Part shown: positions 44,698-55,493 of the stretch, in pieces
Position numbering within the stretch: the stretch's first letter is position 1
Layout of the letters: each line of letters starts with the position of its first letter
Source of the DNA: a virus
IMG/VR virus record: IMGVR_UViG_3300042402_007915
Coordinates: 32,001-96,000 of that record
Direction: 5' to 3' (one strand)
DNA: 64,000 nucleotides
Notes under the pieces: generated by a model
What the model was told of the DNA's origin: nothing
Databases searched by the model: none
Seen by the model: only the letters and a program-made list of their open reading frames with translations
Translations under genes and position numbers: made by a program

Positions 44698-45908
44698 TGC
44701 CGACAGCACCAACTATCAAGAATCCAGCGACCATCCTTGGTGGCTTCAAGACAAGCTTTAGTCGACTCCTCGGGGTAAACGACTACACCAGCGATAGCAA
44801 ACTCAGAGCTATCACGGAGCCTCTGGCAAAAGAAATTATTGACCTGAACGAAGCTCAGCTCAATTTGTTTAATGCTAGAAACCCTACTACGGCACGAGGT
44901 GCCGACCTAGATGCTCTTGCACTTGAAGCTGGGATTAGCAGGAATCCTGCCTCGTTTGCTTTTGTGACAGCTTCAAGCAGGTGTCTTGCCTTTTACGTTG
45001 CAAGTGGAAACTTTGGGTCTCTATTTGACGGGCCAAGCTACACGATCCCTGCAAACACTCGCATCTACTCCACTCCAAACGGTAACGAAAAGAACAGCAG
45101 TGTCTCTTTCTACACGACAGAAGACGTTGTTCTCGAGGCGGCTGAAACTGTAGTGTTTGTCTCAGCTAGAGCTCAGTACGCCACCAAGGAGCATAACGTT
45201 GATGCTTATGTTCTTAGCAATCACAGCGTTTCTCTTAGCACTTTACGTGTTATCAACTTCTTCCCAATCCTCAATGGGGCCGATAGAGAGACTGATGAGC
45301 AGCTTCGATTCAGACTATCTCGCGTTGGTTCTGCTAATACTTCTCGCAATGCTGATCGTGGTTTGTTGGCTGGCCTGAGCGTTCCAGGAGTTCTTTTGGT
45401 TAAGACTCTGCCTGGCTATTATGGTCCAGGTACTAACGCTGTAGTCGTTCTGGGAACAGATATGGAAGTGTCTCCTAGTCTGTTACGTTCAGTTCAGGAC
45501 AGACTTGATAGGGACAGAGTAGCTGGAGTTCGTTCGGTAGCGGTGGGAGCAGTAAAGAACCTATTGGTTCCGGAGATAATCCTTGAGGTAAGGCAGGGAG
45601 TAACTGCCGCAGAGAAGACGGCACTACAAGCGCGCCTCATCTCTTCCCTCAAGGACCTCTGTAGAGCCCAGGGGCTTGGTGGCACAGTTTCCCTCAACAG
45701 CATTGAGGAAGCAATCAGAACGACTGCAGGGCCGTACTTGGCAAACCCGATGTCAACAAAGAAGCGGATCACAAACCTACGTAGCCAAAGGGAGACCGAA
45801 AACACAAGGTACTTCAGAAACAAGTTGGTTTACCAGGGAACGATTCAGCTCGAAGAGGATGAGTACGCAGACGTTGAGAACATTTCAGTTCGCTACGTAG
45901 AGGGTTAA
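44697..45908 (+). CDS. Baseplate J-like wedge protein
   Basis: TARGADLDALA..GISR, NGADRETDEQLRFR and LSVPGV motifs. Confidence 0.88.
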   Translation: MPTAPTIKNPATILGGFKTSFSRLLGVNDYTSDSKLRAITEPLAKEIIDLNEAQLNLFNARNPTTARGADLDALALEAGISRNPASFAFVTASSRCLAFYVASGNFGSLFDGPSYTIPANTRIYSTPNGNEKNSSVSFYTTEDVVLEAAETVVFVSARAQYATKEHNVDAYVLSNHSVSLSTLRVINFFPILNGADRETDEQLRFRLSRVGSANTSRNADRGLLAGLSVPGVLLVKTLPGYYGPGTNAVVVLGTDMEVSPSLLRSVQDRLDRDRVAGVRSVAVGAVKNLLVPEIILEVRQGVTAAEKTALQARLISSLKDLCRAQGLGGTVSLNSIEEAIRTTAGPYLANPMSTKKRITNLRSQRETENTRYFRNKLVYQGTIQLEEDEYADVENISVRYVEG

Positions 45909-45909
45909 A

Positions 45910-47484
45910 ATGGGAACCTTCTTACACGCAAAAGCGACCCGGTCTTTCCCTTCTCAAAGCAAAGCCGCTCGTGACATAACCTCGAACGTTAACGTTCTCT
46001 ATCAAATTCTTGCCGAACCCCTTGAGGCTGTCAGGTCCAACGAGATCTCACTGCATAGGGATGCTTTTCTCTTCAAGAACTGGTTGGAAACAGCGACTGT
46101 TTACCAAGTGCGAATCCCTACAGACGAGGCGCCAGATAATTCGCGAGGTGTTATCACTTATCCGGTCGTAACAGCCCAAGAAGGAGAATACGTCTTCACC
46201 CGAGTAAACACCGTAGAGGAGTTGCTAAAGTCACACGCTAGGGCGCTGAGGGATTCCAATTTGTTCCAGTTAGAAGAGGGGGCCTTGTATGATCATGAGC
46301 CCTTAGGCATCTGGTCCGAAGAACCTCCCGATAACTTTGAACCTACAATGATTTCGGTTGACCATGTCTTTGAGTCCCCTATGAATCTTTGGGTCAACGT
46401 CTTAGGCGGAGAAGTGCCGCTCAAGAACAGGGAGCCCCTTGCCCCTGGTAATCCTTGGGTTAAGATTGTAGGCTACAATGAAAGCTGGATTTCCGTAGAA
46501 GAAATAATTCCGCTCAGGTCCTTTGAAGCAATACAGAGTAAACATGCTTATGCCGAAATCGTTTCAATAGAGCACTCAGAGTGCGGCTACCTTAACTTTT
46601 CGGTTGGGCCTAGACCTAACAACACCGTTCCAAAGCGCCACCCATTCCTCACGGTACATGGAGAGAACAAGAGTTCGCCGCTCTATCTTCACATCGAAAA
46701 CACTGAAGACGGAGCGTTAACCCTGTACTACTTCCTAAAGACTGCCAATGACTTTGTAAACCTGGATTCGTACCTTGATGCTTACGAAGAAATTGCTCGG
46801 CAAAGAATCGAAACAGAAGGGTCGCTTGCTCTTCAGGACTATTTTGTACATCCAGAAACTGGGCACCTATACGTGTCAGCGGCAGAAGAACTTCTCTTCA
46901 TTATTGAACCGACGCTGCCCGAAGTGCAGTCTCTTAACCTAAGAGAGTCTATTAGTTATCTTTCTAGCCTAACGGCAATCATGGATGAGCAGTACGTTTG
47001 TCCAGGAGATACCGTAAGAGGAAAGACTAAGCTTGTAAATACTGCGGCTCCGATTAACAAGGTCATCATCTCCCTTATCGATCCAAGTCTTCAGGTCTAC
47101 TATCTGCAATCAGACTTAAGTTGGGATACTACTTTGTACGCTTTTGAATACGACAGGGTAACGGCAGATGCTTGGCAAGACATTCACTTCGATGTGACGG
47201 CAGAAAGTGAGGGACAGTGGGAGGTCTATGTTGAAGCATTTACCGACCGTTATATCACCCTAAGTGGAACCGCTATCGTTGCAAGTCGTACAACGGACGT
47301 GGAAGTGCTCTCTGTGTTAAGCCATAGCGGGATGGTTCTTATAGACGGAAATGAGATTGCGTTGATTGACGGAACTGATGTAACCGCCTACGAGCCACTT
47401 AAGCTTGCTTGTTTGTTTGACACGGATAACAATTCAATCTATGTAGCCGATGAGTTTGACACCATTGAGGTGGCCCATGAGTAG
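45910..47484 (+). CDS. Baseplate structural protein (hypothetical)
   Basis: 524 aa, acidic and beta-rich; coupled to baseplate J. Confidence 0.55.
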   Translation: MGTFLHAKATRSFPSQSKAARDITSNVNVLYQILAEPLEAVRSNEISLHRDAFLFKNWLETATVYQVRIPTDEAPDNSRGVITYPVVTAQEGEYVFTRVNTVEELLKSHARALRDSNLFQLEEGALYDHEPLGIWSEEPPDNFEPTMISVDHVFESPMNLWVNVLGGEVPLKNREPLAPGNPWVKIVGYNESWISVEEIIPLRSFEAIQSKHAYAEIVSIEHSECGYLNFSVGPRPNNTVPKRHPFLTVHGENKSSPLYLHIENTEDGALTLYYFLKTANDFVNLDSYLDAYEEIARQRIETEGSLALQDYFVHPETGHLYVSAAEELLFIIEPTLPEVQSLNLRESISYLSSLTAIMDEQYVCPGDTVRGKTKLVNTAAPINKVIISLIDPSLQVYYLQSDLSWDTTLYAFEYDRVTADAWQDIHFDVTAESEGQWEVYVEAFTDRYITLSGTAIVASRTTDVEVLSVLSHSGMVLIDGNEIALIDGTDVTAYEPLKLACLFDTDNNSIYVADEFDTIEVAHE

Positions 47485-48352
47485 TGTAACCCCAGTAAGG
47501 ATTCCTCTCGAAACTAATCTCGACAGGAAAGGCAGCAATCTTGCTCTCTCTAGGCTACCTGGAGAGAGCGCAAAGCTGTACCGGAAAAGACTTAGGGCGG
47601 AGGCCCTTGATCCCGGAAACGGTACACTAACGGGTCTACGTAAAAGCATTGGCCGCCAAGTTGGCTTGGAGCCAATTGTTGCTCTAAGGATTACGCTACG
47701 CTTAGATGAGAACGGAAGGCCTGTCGCAGAGAAACCGGCCGTTGTAGTTGAGCCAACGCGGGTGCTCTTCTACAGCTCCTACCCTGACGTAATTGAGCTG
47801 ACATGTCTGACTAGAGACAGGGCGCACTATTACCTTCTCGAGGATATTGTCTCTGCCCTAGAGAGTAGCTCATGCTTTGAAGGAACACTTGAAGACCCAG
47901 ACCATGCCTATAAGCTTTCTTCGAAACTAAGATGTGGTAGCAATCTAAAAACAGTGAATACCTTTGTCGTTCAAAAGGTCGCCGGTCTTGAACTCGGTAG
48001 ACAATACATCGCAGACATCTTGATTGGTAACACAAACCACTTCGTCTATGAAATGGAAAGCCCTGAAGATATTGAACTAGAAGGTCAATACCACATTGAT
48101 TATCTAAATGGGGTAATCCACACACTGAGTGGTTTTTCGGGATCGATTGACTACACCTATGCAGAGTTTCCTTTTAGGATGATGTGGGAGGACATTCAGA
48201 TGCTTGAGCTGTCAAAAGAAGAAACCCAAGATATGTTTGAAGGCAAGCGGCTCGACGAAGAAACTGGTGACGAAACGTATGGCTTGCTGAACTCCTATGG
48301 GAGTAAAGTGCAAAGAGTAGTCCTCTCAAAGATGGGCAATCAGTGGGGGTAA
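47477..48352 (+). CDS. Baseplate wedge protein (P2 gpI/T4 gp7-like N-terminus)
   Basis: LDRKGSNLALSRLPGESAKLYRKRL..GTLTGLRKSI motif; ATG at 47477 with GAGG SD. Confidence 0.7.
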   Translation: MSSVTPVRIPLETNLDRKGSNLALSRLPGESAKLYRKRLRAEALDPGNGTLTGLRKSIGRQVGLEPIVALRITLRLDENGRPVAEKPAVVVEPTRVLFYSSYPDVIELTCLTRDRAHYYLLEDIVSALESSSCFEGTLEDPDHAYKLSSKLRCGSNLKTVNTFVVQKVAGLELGRQYIADILIGNTNHFVYEMESPEDIELEGQYHIDYLNGVIHTLSGFSGSIDYTYAEFPFRMMWEDIQMLELSKEETQDMFEGKRLDEETGDETYGLLNSYGSKVQRVVLSKMGNQWG

Positions 48353-48353
48353 A

Positions 48354-50771
48354 ATGTCTCTTGTCTCAGTTATCGCGCCAATTGAAATCCATGTCAGGTC
48401 TGAACTAGAAGACCAGCCGCTTATTGAACTGTTTCCCTTTAGGATGGACAGGGCTTCTTACTCTGCATTCGACACTGAAACCGATTACCTATCGTCGCAA
48501 GAAGTCTTGCTTGTCGAAGGCACCGCACACGACGAATGGGTTTCGGGCCATGTCCTCCCAGTTAAGTTCGAAGGCCTTAAGCTCTATGCAGAGAACGCCT
48601 TCTTTACTCACACCCCAGTTGTCTCTCCAGGTACAGTAAGCTTTTACTGGGATGAACGATATCTACCTGGAGAAGCTAGCGTTTGTGTTCTAGCCAGCAT
48701 GGAAGAACTCAGTGATATTGGCTATGAAGTGCAACTGCCAGAGGGAGCAATTGAATCCACGATTGTCGCAAGACTGTTTGTCCGAAATGAAGATGCAGAA
48801 GCCCTAACTCTTTTTAGGTGGGACTTTACCGATGAATTTACTGGTGTCCTAGAGGAAGGAGGTAGGCAGCCAACCATTGTAGACGAAAGCATTGTCTGGG
48901 AGTCCGTAAGTGATCGTCACTTTGAATGCCTGCTAGAAGAAGGGGTCCTTTACTTTAGCAACTCTCAGCACGTTAAAGTCGGCAAGACATACGAAGAGGG
49001 TGAGTCGAACATCATTGAATCGACTTGGGAGTACCACTACAATGCTAGTGCAGGAAGGACTGTCTTCACGAAGTTCTTCCCTGTTGAGAATGTGCAGGTT
49101 GCTACCGTAGACGGAGAGGTATTAACTTTCTGGGAAGAGGTTGAGAATCTCAACTTAGTAACAGATAGTACTAAGGCCTTCTCAGTTAATAGGGAACTTG
49201 GAATAGTAACCCTTGGGGGTTTTTCGAATCCTTCGCTTACGCTATCTGAAGACCTGACCGACAGCTCTAACTACATACCGTTTGTGTTTGCCGAACACCA
49301 CTCTTCTTATCCCAGCTACGGGGTTATTCAGATTGGGACCGAAAAGATCTTGTACGAAGAGAAAACCTCTCTAGGCTTCTCAAGTCTTGTTCGCGGATAT
49401 GACTCTACTACTGCAGCCGCTCACACAAGAGGGGACTATATTTCTGATAGCTCCCGAGGGGCTGTTGCGGAAGGAGAGCTTTACCTTAGTTACACTGCTG
49501 TCCCTAGGGTTGATTTTGAAGTGGCCGACAAAAGCAAGCTAGCAAGAAGAGGCCCTCGGCTTAATGTCAAGTCGACCGTATCTCCCTCCTCCTCTGGGGT
49601 CTTGCAAGTTGGAAGCAAAATCAAAAGCGTTTCTTCCTTGGTGCTTACGAGCGATTCTCCTTTAATTGGAGGCAACGTTTATGGACCAATCTATTTCGGA
49701 ACAGATGTAAGCAAGTTAACAGCTACTGCTCTTGATCGCTCTGGGAATCCGGTGGATGAAGTAGAAGTTACTATTGAAGTGCTGTCTGGAGCCGGATACC
49801 TTTCTGACGATTTGGCAATGACTGGTGGGTTCACCAACGCCGAAGGTGAGTTCTACGCAGACTACAGAAGCCCAGTAGACAGCATGGAGTCTTCTTACTC
49901 AGTTATGTCTATTACCCATGAGTCTGGAGGCACTACCATTAGAACCGAACCAATTGCAGGTTCTCTTCGCAACGAAAAGTTTTGGCTCTTCCAGGTGCTG
50001 AAGTGTGATCCCATCTATGGAACCATTGGAGTTAAGGCAAGAACAAAGCTTGCTGGGAGTACGAACGTCTTGGGAGCAAGTCATTCGATCTATATCGACG
50101 GAGTCTTTGGAGAGGTGTTCAATGGGGGCTACCTTGATGTTCTTAAGACCAACTTGGTTAAGCAACGCTTTACCGTCGTAAAGATGGACCAAGAGATAGT
50201 AGGCGGGCGGCTTGTAAGCCTTGCACACCTTGCAGAAGCTATTTCAGGCGGACAAATCATTAATCGTCCGTGCTGGTTGTTAGAGGAGGGGGCCGTCTCT
50301 TATGATTCAGACAATCCAAATGGTTTGATGCGCCTCGTCTATGAATGGTCTGAGGACGCAACGCACCCGATTACTGAAACGGCTGGAGCCTATATGCCAG
50401 TCTTTCCGGATACCGTATCCGCCTCTGCATTGGTCTATGAAGGGAGGAGCCTTCCTATTCCTGCTCCTGGTACAGATACAAACAACCTAGCTGCTTACAG
50501 AATTGTAGGTCCTAGAGAAGCTCTGTTAAGGGCTTCAGTGGTAGACCCTCTGACTGGGCAGACTATCTATTCTAACGAAATCAGACTTAAAGTTCTCATC
50601 GGTCCATCCTTGATTGGTGTTGATTTTAGTGGAGAACTTCCTATCCCGTACGGCTTAAGACTCTACACTGAAGAACATAATGATGGCGTTGCTATCGGCG
50701 GCGCAAACTTTTACACGATTAACCCTGAGGCTGTAGGGGCTTTGCAGCTTCCTCTTGCTGGAGTTATCTAA
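48354..50771 (+). CDS. Baseplate/tail structural protein with Ig-like (Big_1-type) domain
   Basis: SKLTATALDRSGNPVDEVEVTIEV..TNAEGEFYADY; also VIQIGTEKILY..LVRGYDSTTAAAH. Confidence 0.6.
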   Translation: MSLVSVIAPIEIHVRSELEDQPLIELFPFRMDRASYSAFDTETDYLSSQEVLLVEGTAHDEWVSGHVLPVKFEGLKLYAENAFFTHTPVVSPGTVSFYWDERYLPGEASVCVLASMEELSDIGYEVQLPEGAIESTIVARLFVRNEDAEALTLFRWDFTDEFTGVLEEGGRQPTIVDESIVWESVSDRHFECLLEEGVLYFSNSQHVKVGKTYEEGESNIIESTWEYHYNASAGRTVFTKFFPVENVQVATVDGEVLTFWEEVENLNLVTDSTKAFSVNRELGIVTLGGFSNPSLTLSEDLTDSSNYIPFVFAEHHSSYPSYGVIQIGTEKILYEEKTSLGFSSLVRGYDSTTAAAHTRGDYISDSSRGAVAEGELYLSYTAVPRVDFEVADKSKLARRGPRLNVKSTVSPSSSGVLQVGSKIKSVSSLVLTSDSPLIGGNVYGPIYFGTDVSKLTATALDRSGNPVDEVEVTIEVLSGAGYLSDDLAMTGGFTNAEGEFYADYRSPVDSMESSYSVMSITHESGGTTIRTEPIAGSLRNEKFWLFQVLKCDPIYGTIGVKARTKLAGSTNVLGASHSIYIDGVFGEVFNGGYLDVLKTNLVKQRFTVVKMDQEIVGGRLVSLAHLAEAISGGQIINRPCWLLEEGAVSYDSDNPNGLMRLVYEWSEDATHPITETAGAYMPVFPDTVSASALVYEGRSLPIPAPGTDTNNLAAYRIVGPREALLRASVVDPLTGQTIYSNEIRLKVLIGPSLIGVDFSGELPIPYGLRLYTEEHNDGVAIGGANFYTINPEAVGALQLPLAGVI

Positions 50772-52960
50772 TGGCAGACAAGCTTAAATCTGGTATCTCA
50801 GTTGTACCTACATTTGTAGATGGAGAGGCAGTCAGAGCTGCAAAGCTTACTGCTATTACCGCCCAGCTTCAGCGTGCAGTTTCTAACCTAGAGAAAGCGA
50901 TTGGGGACATTCATGATGAGTCCTTCCCCTATTCGTCTGCTGCTGAGGCAAGACTGTCACCCCCATGGGGACGGTCTCTAACTCTAAATGAGTCTTTCCT
51001 TGACGCTGGACGGTCTCTAGACATTGTGAACTTGGCGCGTTTTGTTGGTCCCGCATCAAACCTAAACCCTACCATGCCCGCTACATCTAGGACGATTGTT
51101 GAACCAACGCCAACAAGCGCTCATTGCTTCCAGCTTAAGTTTCCAGCCAACACTGTTACTTCAAGCACTGATGCATCATTGACTACAAAGGTTGCAAGTC
51201 TCAACCTGCTTAATGCGGCAGGCGAATACTTCTATGATGCTGATACGAACAGCATCTACTGTGTGACAGCAACAGCTGGTGGAACAATTACTTACACAAC
51301 TGTTCCGTACACCTACGCAGGTGGAGCAAACTATACTGGTGCCAGATTCAACGTCATCCCAGACCCAAATCAATTGCATGAGGGCGGAGACGGTTGCGAC
51401 GTCTCGGCTGAGCTTGACTCTGAAGGACGCCACCTTATTTCTCTCCCGGTCATCTCTCATACGCAGAGGAGCTTTTCGGAAGCAGATGTTGCTCTAACCA
51501 GCCTAGATCCTCTCTACCAAGACCAGCTCTTACTCCCCAAGGTACTAGTGGACAACTTTACAGCCGGGGATACGATCCCAGCTGGGTTCCTAATGCTGAA
51601 GAACTGGACTACTGGCAAGGTCTACGACTCGGCAACTTATACGTACATCGATTCTGAAAGCTTCTACATCTCAGGGGTTGACCTAGAAGAAGAGGTGGCC
51701 AACGGAGATCAGTTCATTACACTGACGGTCGGAACTGACATTACTACGTCCATTGACGACCTTAGAATGAAAATGGGCCTCCACTCTCACGATGGTCGGT
51801 TCGGGGAGCAGCACATTGAAGCTGGCACTATTACTGGTTGGACTACTAACGCTGGACCTAGTGGCGTTTACATGCCTTCCAGCATTGCCAACAACCATGC
51901 CCCACAGTATCTCCTTCGAGACGGCAAGCGTACAGATAACTCTCCCCTCAATGACGACAATGCCATGAGAGGAGATATTTGGTTTGGACTTACGGCGGGA
52001 ACTCCTGGAGCTTACCTTCCCCTCCTCTCTAGCGGCGAAAGCTATGGTGTTCGGTTTGGCGGTTCGGGATGGCGCATCTACAGAAACAGCTCTGACGACC
52101 TTGTCATTACAACCCCTGCGGATGACCGCGTAAAGATTGAGACTACAAAGAACGTAGCCTTATTCACTCCGGTGAAGATGTTTGCCGGCTTCAACATAGA
52201 GACGGTTGAACTAACAAGCGGTTCCAAACCAGATGGCCAATACTGGGGTAGTTACAGCTTCGAGGAAGAAGCTCATGGCATTGCCGGTCATAACGTAGAT
52301 GCCACCTTCTCTGGGATTTATGTAGGGCCAACTTCTAACGAGTGGGGCGTTGATAGACTTCCTGCTTGGGATATTGATCGTCATGGAACCGAACATAGTG
52401 TCAGGGCGGAACAATCCTGGTGTACTTGGCCAGGAAGTGTAAGCGTCGCTGGCACCGTTAGTGGGAGTGCCGCTGCTGACTATTGGGTGGTTCCTAAGAT
52501 TCAGATTATACACGTTGGTCTTCAGAGTCTGAAGGTAAACTTCAAAGACAGCGGCGGAAGTAACGCAGCTACTTGGGCTGATGTTCAGTACGCAGTAACA
52601 GATGCTATCCCGCTTCCATCAGGCCTAATGCATTACCACGTTATCGGCATCATGGGTATGCTTCATCAGCCCGATATCGGAGCTAACGCCTGGGAGACGG
52701 GCTACACAAACATTAGAGGCCAAGCGCTCAGCCATATTGCCTTTAGGATTGTAAGCGGAGAAGTATTCGCCACCATCGACTGTGACACTGGCTCGGATTC
52801 AAATAATCCTTACTACTGGTCCAACTGGATGGATGCGGAGGGAGATACGTCTGGCGACGCACCGAACTCCTCAAGCATCAACTATGTAGACGTGAAGATT
52901 ACGCTTCTCATTGCAGCTCCAGAGAAAACAGGAATCACGAATATCTACGAGAGAACCTAA
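50771..52960 (+). CDS. Tail fibre / receptor-binding protein (putative)
   Basis: Fibre anchor PTFVDGE..KL plus coiled coil; HSHDG and NNHAPQYLLRDG fibre motifs; Trp-rich beta C-terminal domain. Confidence 0.65.
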   Translation: MADKLKSGISVVPTFVDGEAVRAAKLTAITAQLQRAVSNLEKAIGDIHDESFPYSSAAEARLSPPWGRSLTLNESFLDAGRSLDIVNLARFVGPASNLNPTMPATSRTIVEPTPTSAHCFQLKFPANTVTSSTDASLTTKVASLNLLNAAGEYFYDADTNSIYCVTATAGGTITYTTVPYTYAGGANYTGARFNVIPDPNQLHEGGDGCDVSAELDSEGRHLISLPVISHTQRSFSEADVALTSLDPLYQDQLLLPKVLVDNFTAGDTIPAGFLMLKNWTTGKVYDSATYTYIDSESFYISGVDLEEEVANGDQFITLTVGTDITTSIDDLRMKMGLHSHDGRFGEQHIEAGTITGWTTNAGPSGVYMPSSIANNHAPQYLLRDGKRTDNSPLNDDNAMRGDIWFGLTAGTPGAYLPLLSSGESYGVRFGGSGWRIYRNSSDDLVITTPADDRVKIETTKNVALFTPVKMFAGFNIETVELTSGSKPDGQYWGSYSFEEEAHGIAGHNVDATFSGIYVGPTSNEWGVDRLPAWDIDRHGTEHSVRAEQSWCTWPGSVSVAGTVSGSAAADYWVVPKIQIIHVGLQSLKVNFKDSGGSNAATWADVQYAVTDAIPLPSGLMHYHVIGIMGMLHQPDIGANAWETGYTNIRGQALSHIAFRIVSGEVFATIDCDTGSDSNNPYYWSNWMDAEGDTSGDAPNSSSINYVDVKITLLIAAPEKTGITNIYERT

Positions 52961-55041
52961 TGGCTAAGCTAACCTTAAAGCTTCTTGCTAGTGGAGACGC
53001 CGATAACAAGATTGAGTTGTCGGCGCCGTTCCATGTTCACGTACATAACAATGTCGAGCAGTTCTCTTTCTCTAGGACCCTCAAAGAGGGACATGTACCC
53101 ATCGCCTACTTAGAGAATGAAGCAATCACACCTACCAAGAACTTGAGCCTAGTGGAAAGGTACTACGTTGCTCCTGGGTTCGTACCTGAACGTGTAGAAG
53201 ACCCCCTGAGGGCTGGTAAAACGTTTACAAGCGTCGCGTACAGCTCACCCTATAGACGAGTCCTCATGACAAACCAGACGGCCCAGAACGAACGTGGGAG
53301 ACTTGTACCGCTATACAAGAAACACCTTGTACCAACCGGAACAACAAGGGTTGAGATCCGCAAGGTCTCAACCGAAAACGATCCGAAACTAAATGCTGAG
53401 TTTAGATTTGACGCAGACACTTTGTCCGTCTTCAACAACTTCAAGAATCGCTTTGACACCGAGACTGAATACACCATTTACTTTGTAGACTGTTTTGGTG
53501 CGTATGGGAAGATTACTCAGATATTGAATAACGTCCCTGCGGTTTCAGAGGCAACTTGGGAAGACATTGACCTTGAGACTGGTGCGTTAAGAGAGGGGCT
53601 TTCCGTTTACACAGTAGAGAAGAACTCTGATGGCTACACTTTCTACTTGAACGTTGGAGACAAGTATTGGGTCAAAGCTAATGACGAGTACATGATTCGT
53701 CCAGTAAAACCCAAGACGTTAAGCTACAAAGACTCTTGGTATATGCAGTTCTCGGCTGGGGAAGTAGTTGATTTTCACAATGGCCTTACCATGCGGTATA
53801 GCGTTCCTGAGATTAGTACCCAGCCCTATACGCCCTATGCTCCTTACATGTTTGCAAGTCAACAGACTGGATTGCAGCTAGATGAAAGCCTGTTGTACCT
53901 TGGGAGAAAGAGATTGGCGATTAAGCCTGAAATGGGTCTCCACTTGGTAGTAAAACTGCTTGACGGCAATGGTCTCCTAAAGCGTGTCCTTACTACTCAG
54001 AGCTCCAAGAACGGATTGCCTTATAGCGGTGCAGTAAAGTATGAGTATGGTTCTATTGCGTCTTGGTCGAATGAAAGCGGCCTTGTCGTTCTTAATGAAC
54101 AAATCGGCACTAACACTCAGGTGGAAGCGTCCTTCTATTACGAAGCCGATCTTCTTAACTACACGGGTATCAATCTCAATCCCTTTACCGACTCTAGGAT
54201 CCTAAACCACACTATTGTGTTCTACATTGTTCCGAACGTCGTTGATGGAGAGCGGGCTATCCACCATCTGATTGTTGACTCTTCAGGGCGTATCGTTTAC
54301 TCCTCGCAAGGTCCGGGCGCAAGCTCTTATCCAAACCTGCAAAGACTCAACACTGATGAGTCTTTCAATGACAATACAGTTGTGGGTATGGCTTACCAAG
54401 ACGAAGAGGACGATTCCTTTTACGGCCTCTACTGCTTTGGCCAAGAGAACAACTTCGGGTATGTAGTCCTTGCAGAAGTTTCTTACCAAGACACTCAGCA
54501 CGTTAGCGATGTTAAGTCAGTAGATGTTCTTCCAAAAGGTGGTGTTCCTAAAGACAGAGTGTTCACGTATACACGTAACCCCAAACTCATTGAGTCAGCA
54601 AAGTCTTGGAGTCCTAGAGGAAGGAAGGTGGTGCGAAGTGGAGTGCTCTTAATAGAGGCGCCCCTTTCTCTTCTCCAGGACTATGGCGGCAGGCTCACCC
54701 TGCAAGAAGCAGAAACCCTGTTGACACAAAGAGTCGACATGTCAGTACTGCCTGTAATCGAGTGGACCTACCCTAAGTGCATAGTCAACGTAGATACAAC
54801 CGTTGAAAGTGAAGTTAGCTTTGCTTGCTCGTTCGAAGGTTTATACACCTACAACCTATACAGAAAAAACGAAGACGGTATATTTGACCTTTACGATAGC
54901 GTCGCAGTAACCGAACGAGGTGACATCAATTTTCTGGTTGATGAACTTAGCTCTGGGGCTGTAGAAACCTTCAGATTGTGTTTAAGCTATGGTGAGATTG
55001 AGTATCCAGCTTCTTGTGAAGTAACAGTTGAGGTGAAATAA
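52960..55041 (+). CDS. Baseplate/tail structural protein (hypothetical)
   Basis: 693 aa, Tyr- and beta-rich, TAATG-coupled within the baseplate module. Confidence 0.55.
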   Translation: MAKLTLKLLASGDADNKIELSAPFHVHVHNNVEQFSFSRTLKEGHVPIAYLENEAITPTKNLSLVERYYVAPGFVPERVEDPLRAGKTFTSVAYSSPYRRVLMTNQTAQNERGRLVPLYKKHLVPTGTTRVEIRKVSTENDPKLNAEFRFDADTLSVFNNFKNRFDTETEYTIYFVDCFGAYGKITQILNNVPAVSEATWEDIDLETGALREGLSVYTVEKNSDGYTFYLNVGDKYWVKANDEYMIRPVKPKTLSYKDSWYMQFSAGEVVDFHNGLTMRYSVPEISTQPYTPYAPYMFASQQTGLQLDESLLYLGRKRLAIKPEMGLHLVVKLLDGNGLLKRVLTTQSSKNGLPYSGAVKYEYGSIASWSNESGLVVLNEQIGTNTQVEASFYYEADLLNYTGINLNPFTDSRILNHTIVFYIVPNVVDGERAIHHLIVDSSGRIVYSSQGPGASSYPNLQRLNTDESFNDNTVVGMAYQDEEDDSFYGLYCFGQENNFGYVVLAEVSYQDTQHVSDVKSVDVLPKGGVPKDRVFTYTRNPKLIESAKSWSPRGRKVVRSGVLLIEAPLSLLQDYGGRLTLQEAETLLTQRVDMSVLPVIEWTYPKCIVNVDTTVESEVSFACSFEGLYTYNLYRKNEDGIFDLYDSVAVTERGDINFLVDELSSGAVETFRLCLSYGEIEYPASCEVTVEVK

Positions 55042-55490
55042 TGGCGGCTAAAGATATCACATTTGAATTCGATGGGGATCCAATCCAGTCTCCCCAGGCC
55101 TTAGAGTCGGGGACTTCTGTTACGATTCACATTGTGAATTCAGGAGAAGAGGACCAAGCCACCCTTGGGATGTTTTTGGTACCCGCAGATAACCTCGGCA
55201 CTTGGGAAGATGCTTCCGAAGACGCTCCTGCAACGGATTACCAGACAGTTCTCACTTGGGGCACTAATACTGTCCTTGAAGAAGATACCCAGGGTGGTCT
55301 CAAGGTTACCTACCAAAATGGAGAGGGAGAAGTCACGACTTACTTTACAAGACTACAAGGCTCTCTTTACGAGAATAGGATCGAGCTGCTTGAGCTTGAG
55401 GTTGGAGAGTCACACGAGATTACCCTTGAGCTTGAAACCCCAACGGGAGAAGCTGCTAGAAAAATCTACGTAAGCCTAGCCGTGGAGTAA
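55041..55490 (+). CDS. Small acidic Ig-like virion protein
   Basis: 149 aa; VTIHIVNSG..LEVGESHEITLEL pattern; GAGGTG SD. Confidence 0.55.
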   Translation: MAAKDITFEFDGDPIQSPQALESGTSVTIHIVNSGEEDQATLGMFLVPADNLGTWEDASEDAPATDYQTVLTWGTNTVLEEDTQGGLKVTYQNGEGEVTTYFTRLQGSLYENRIELLELEVGESHEITLELETPTGEAARKIYVSLAVE

Positions 55491-55493
55491 ACC

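Noticed and set aside
3096-47477. Longest-ORF starts at 3096, 9476, 15504, 17873, 22298, 44188 and 47450
   Set aside because: Each overlaps the upstream gene or a terminator; downstream ATGs (3165, 9536, 15516, 17915, 22349, 44272, 47477) have SD sequences.
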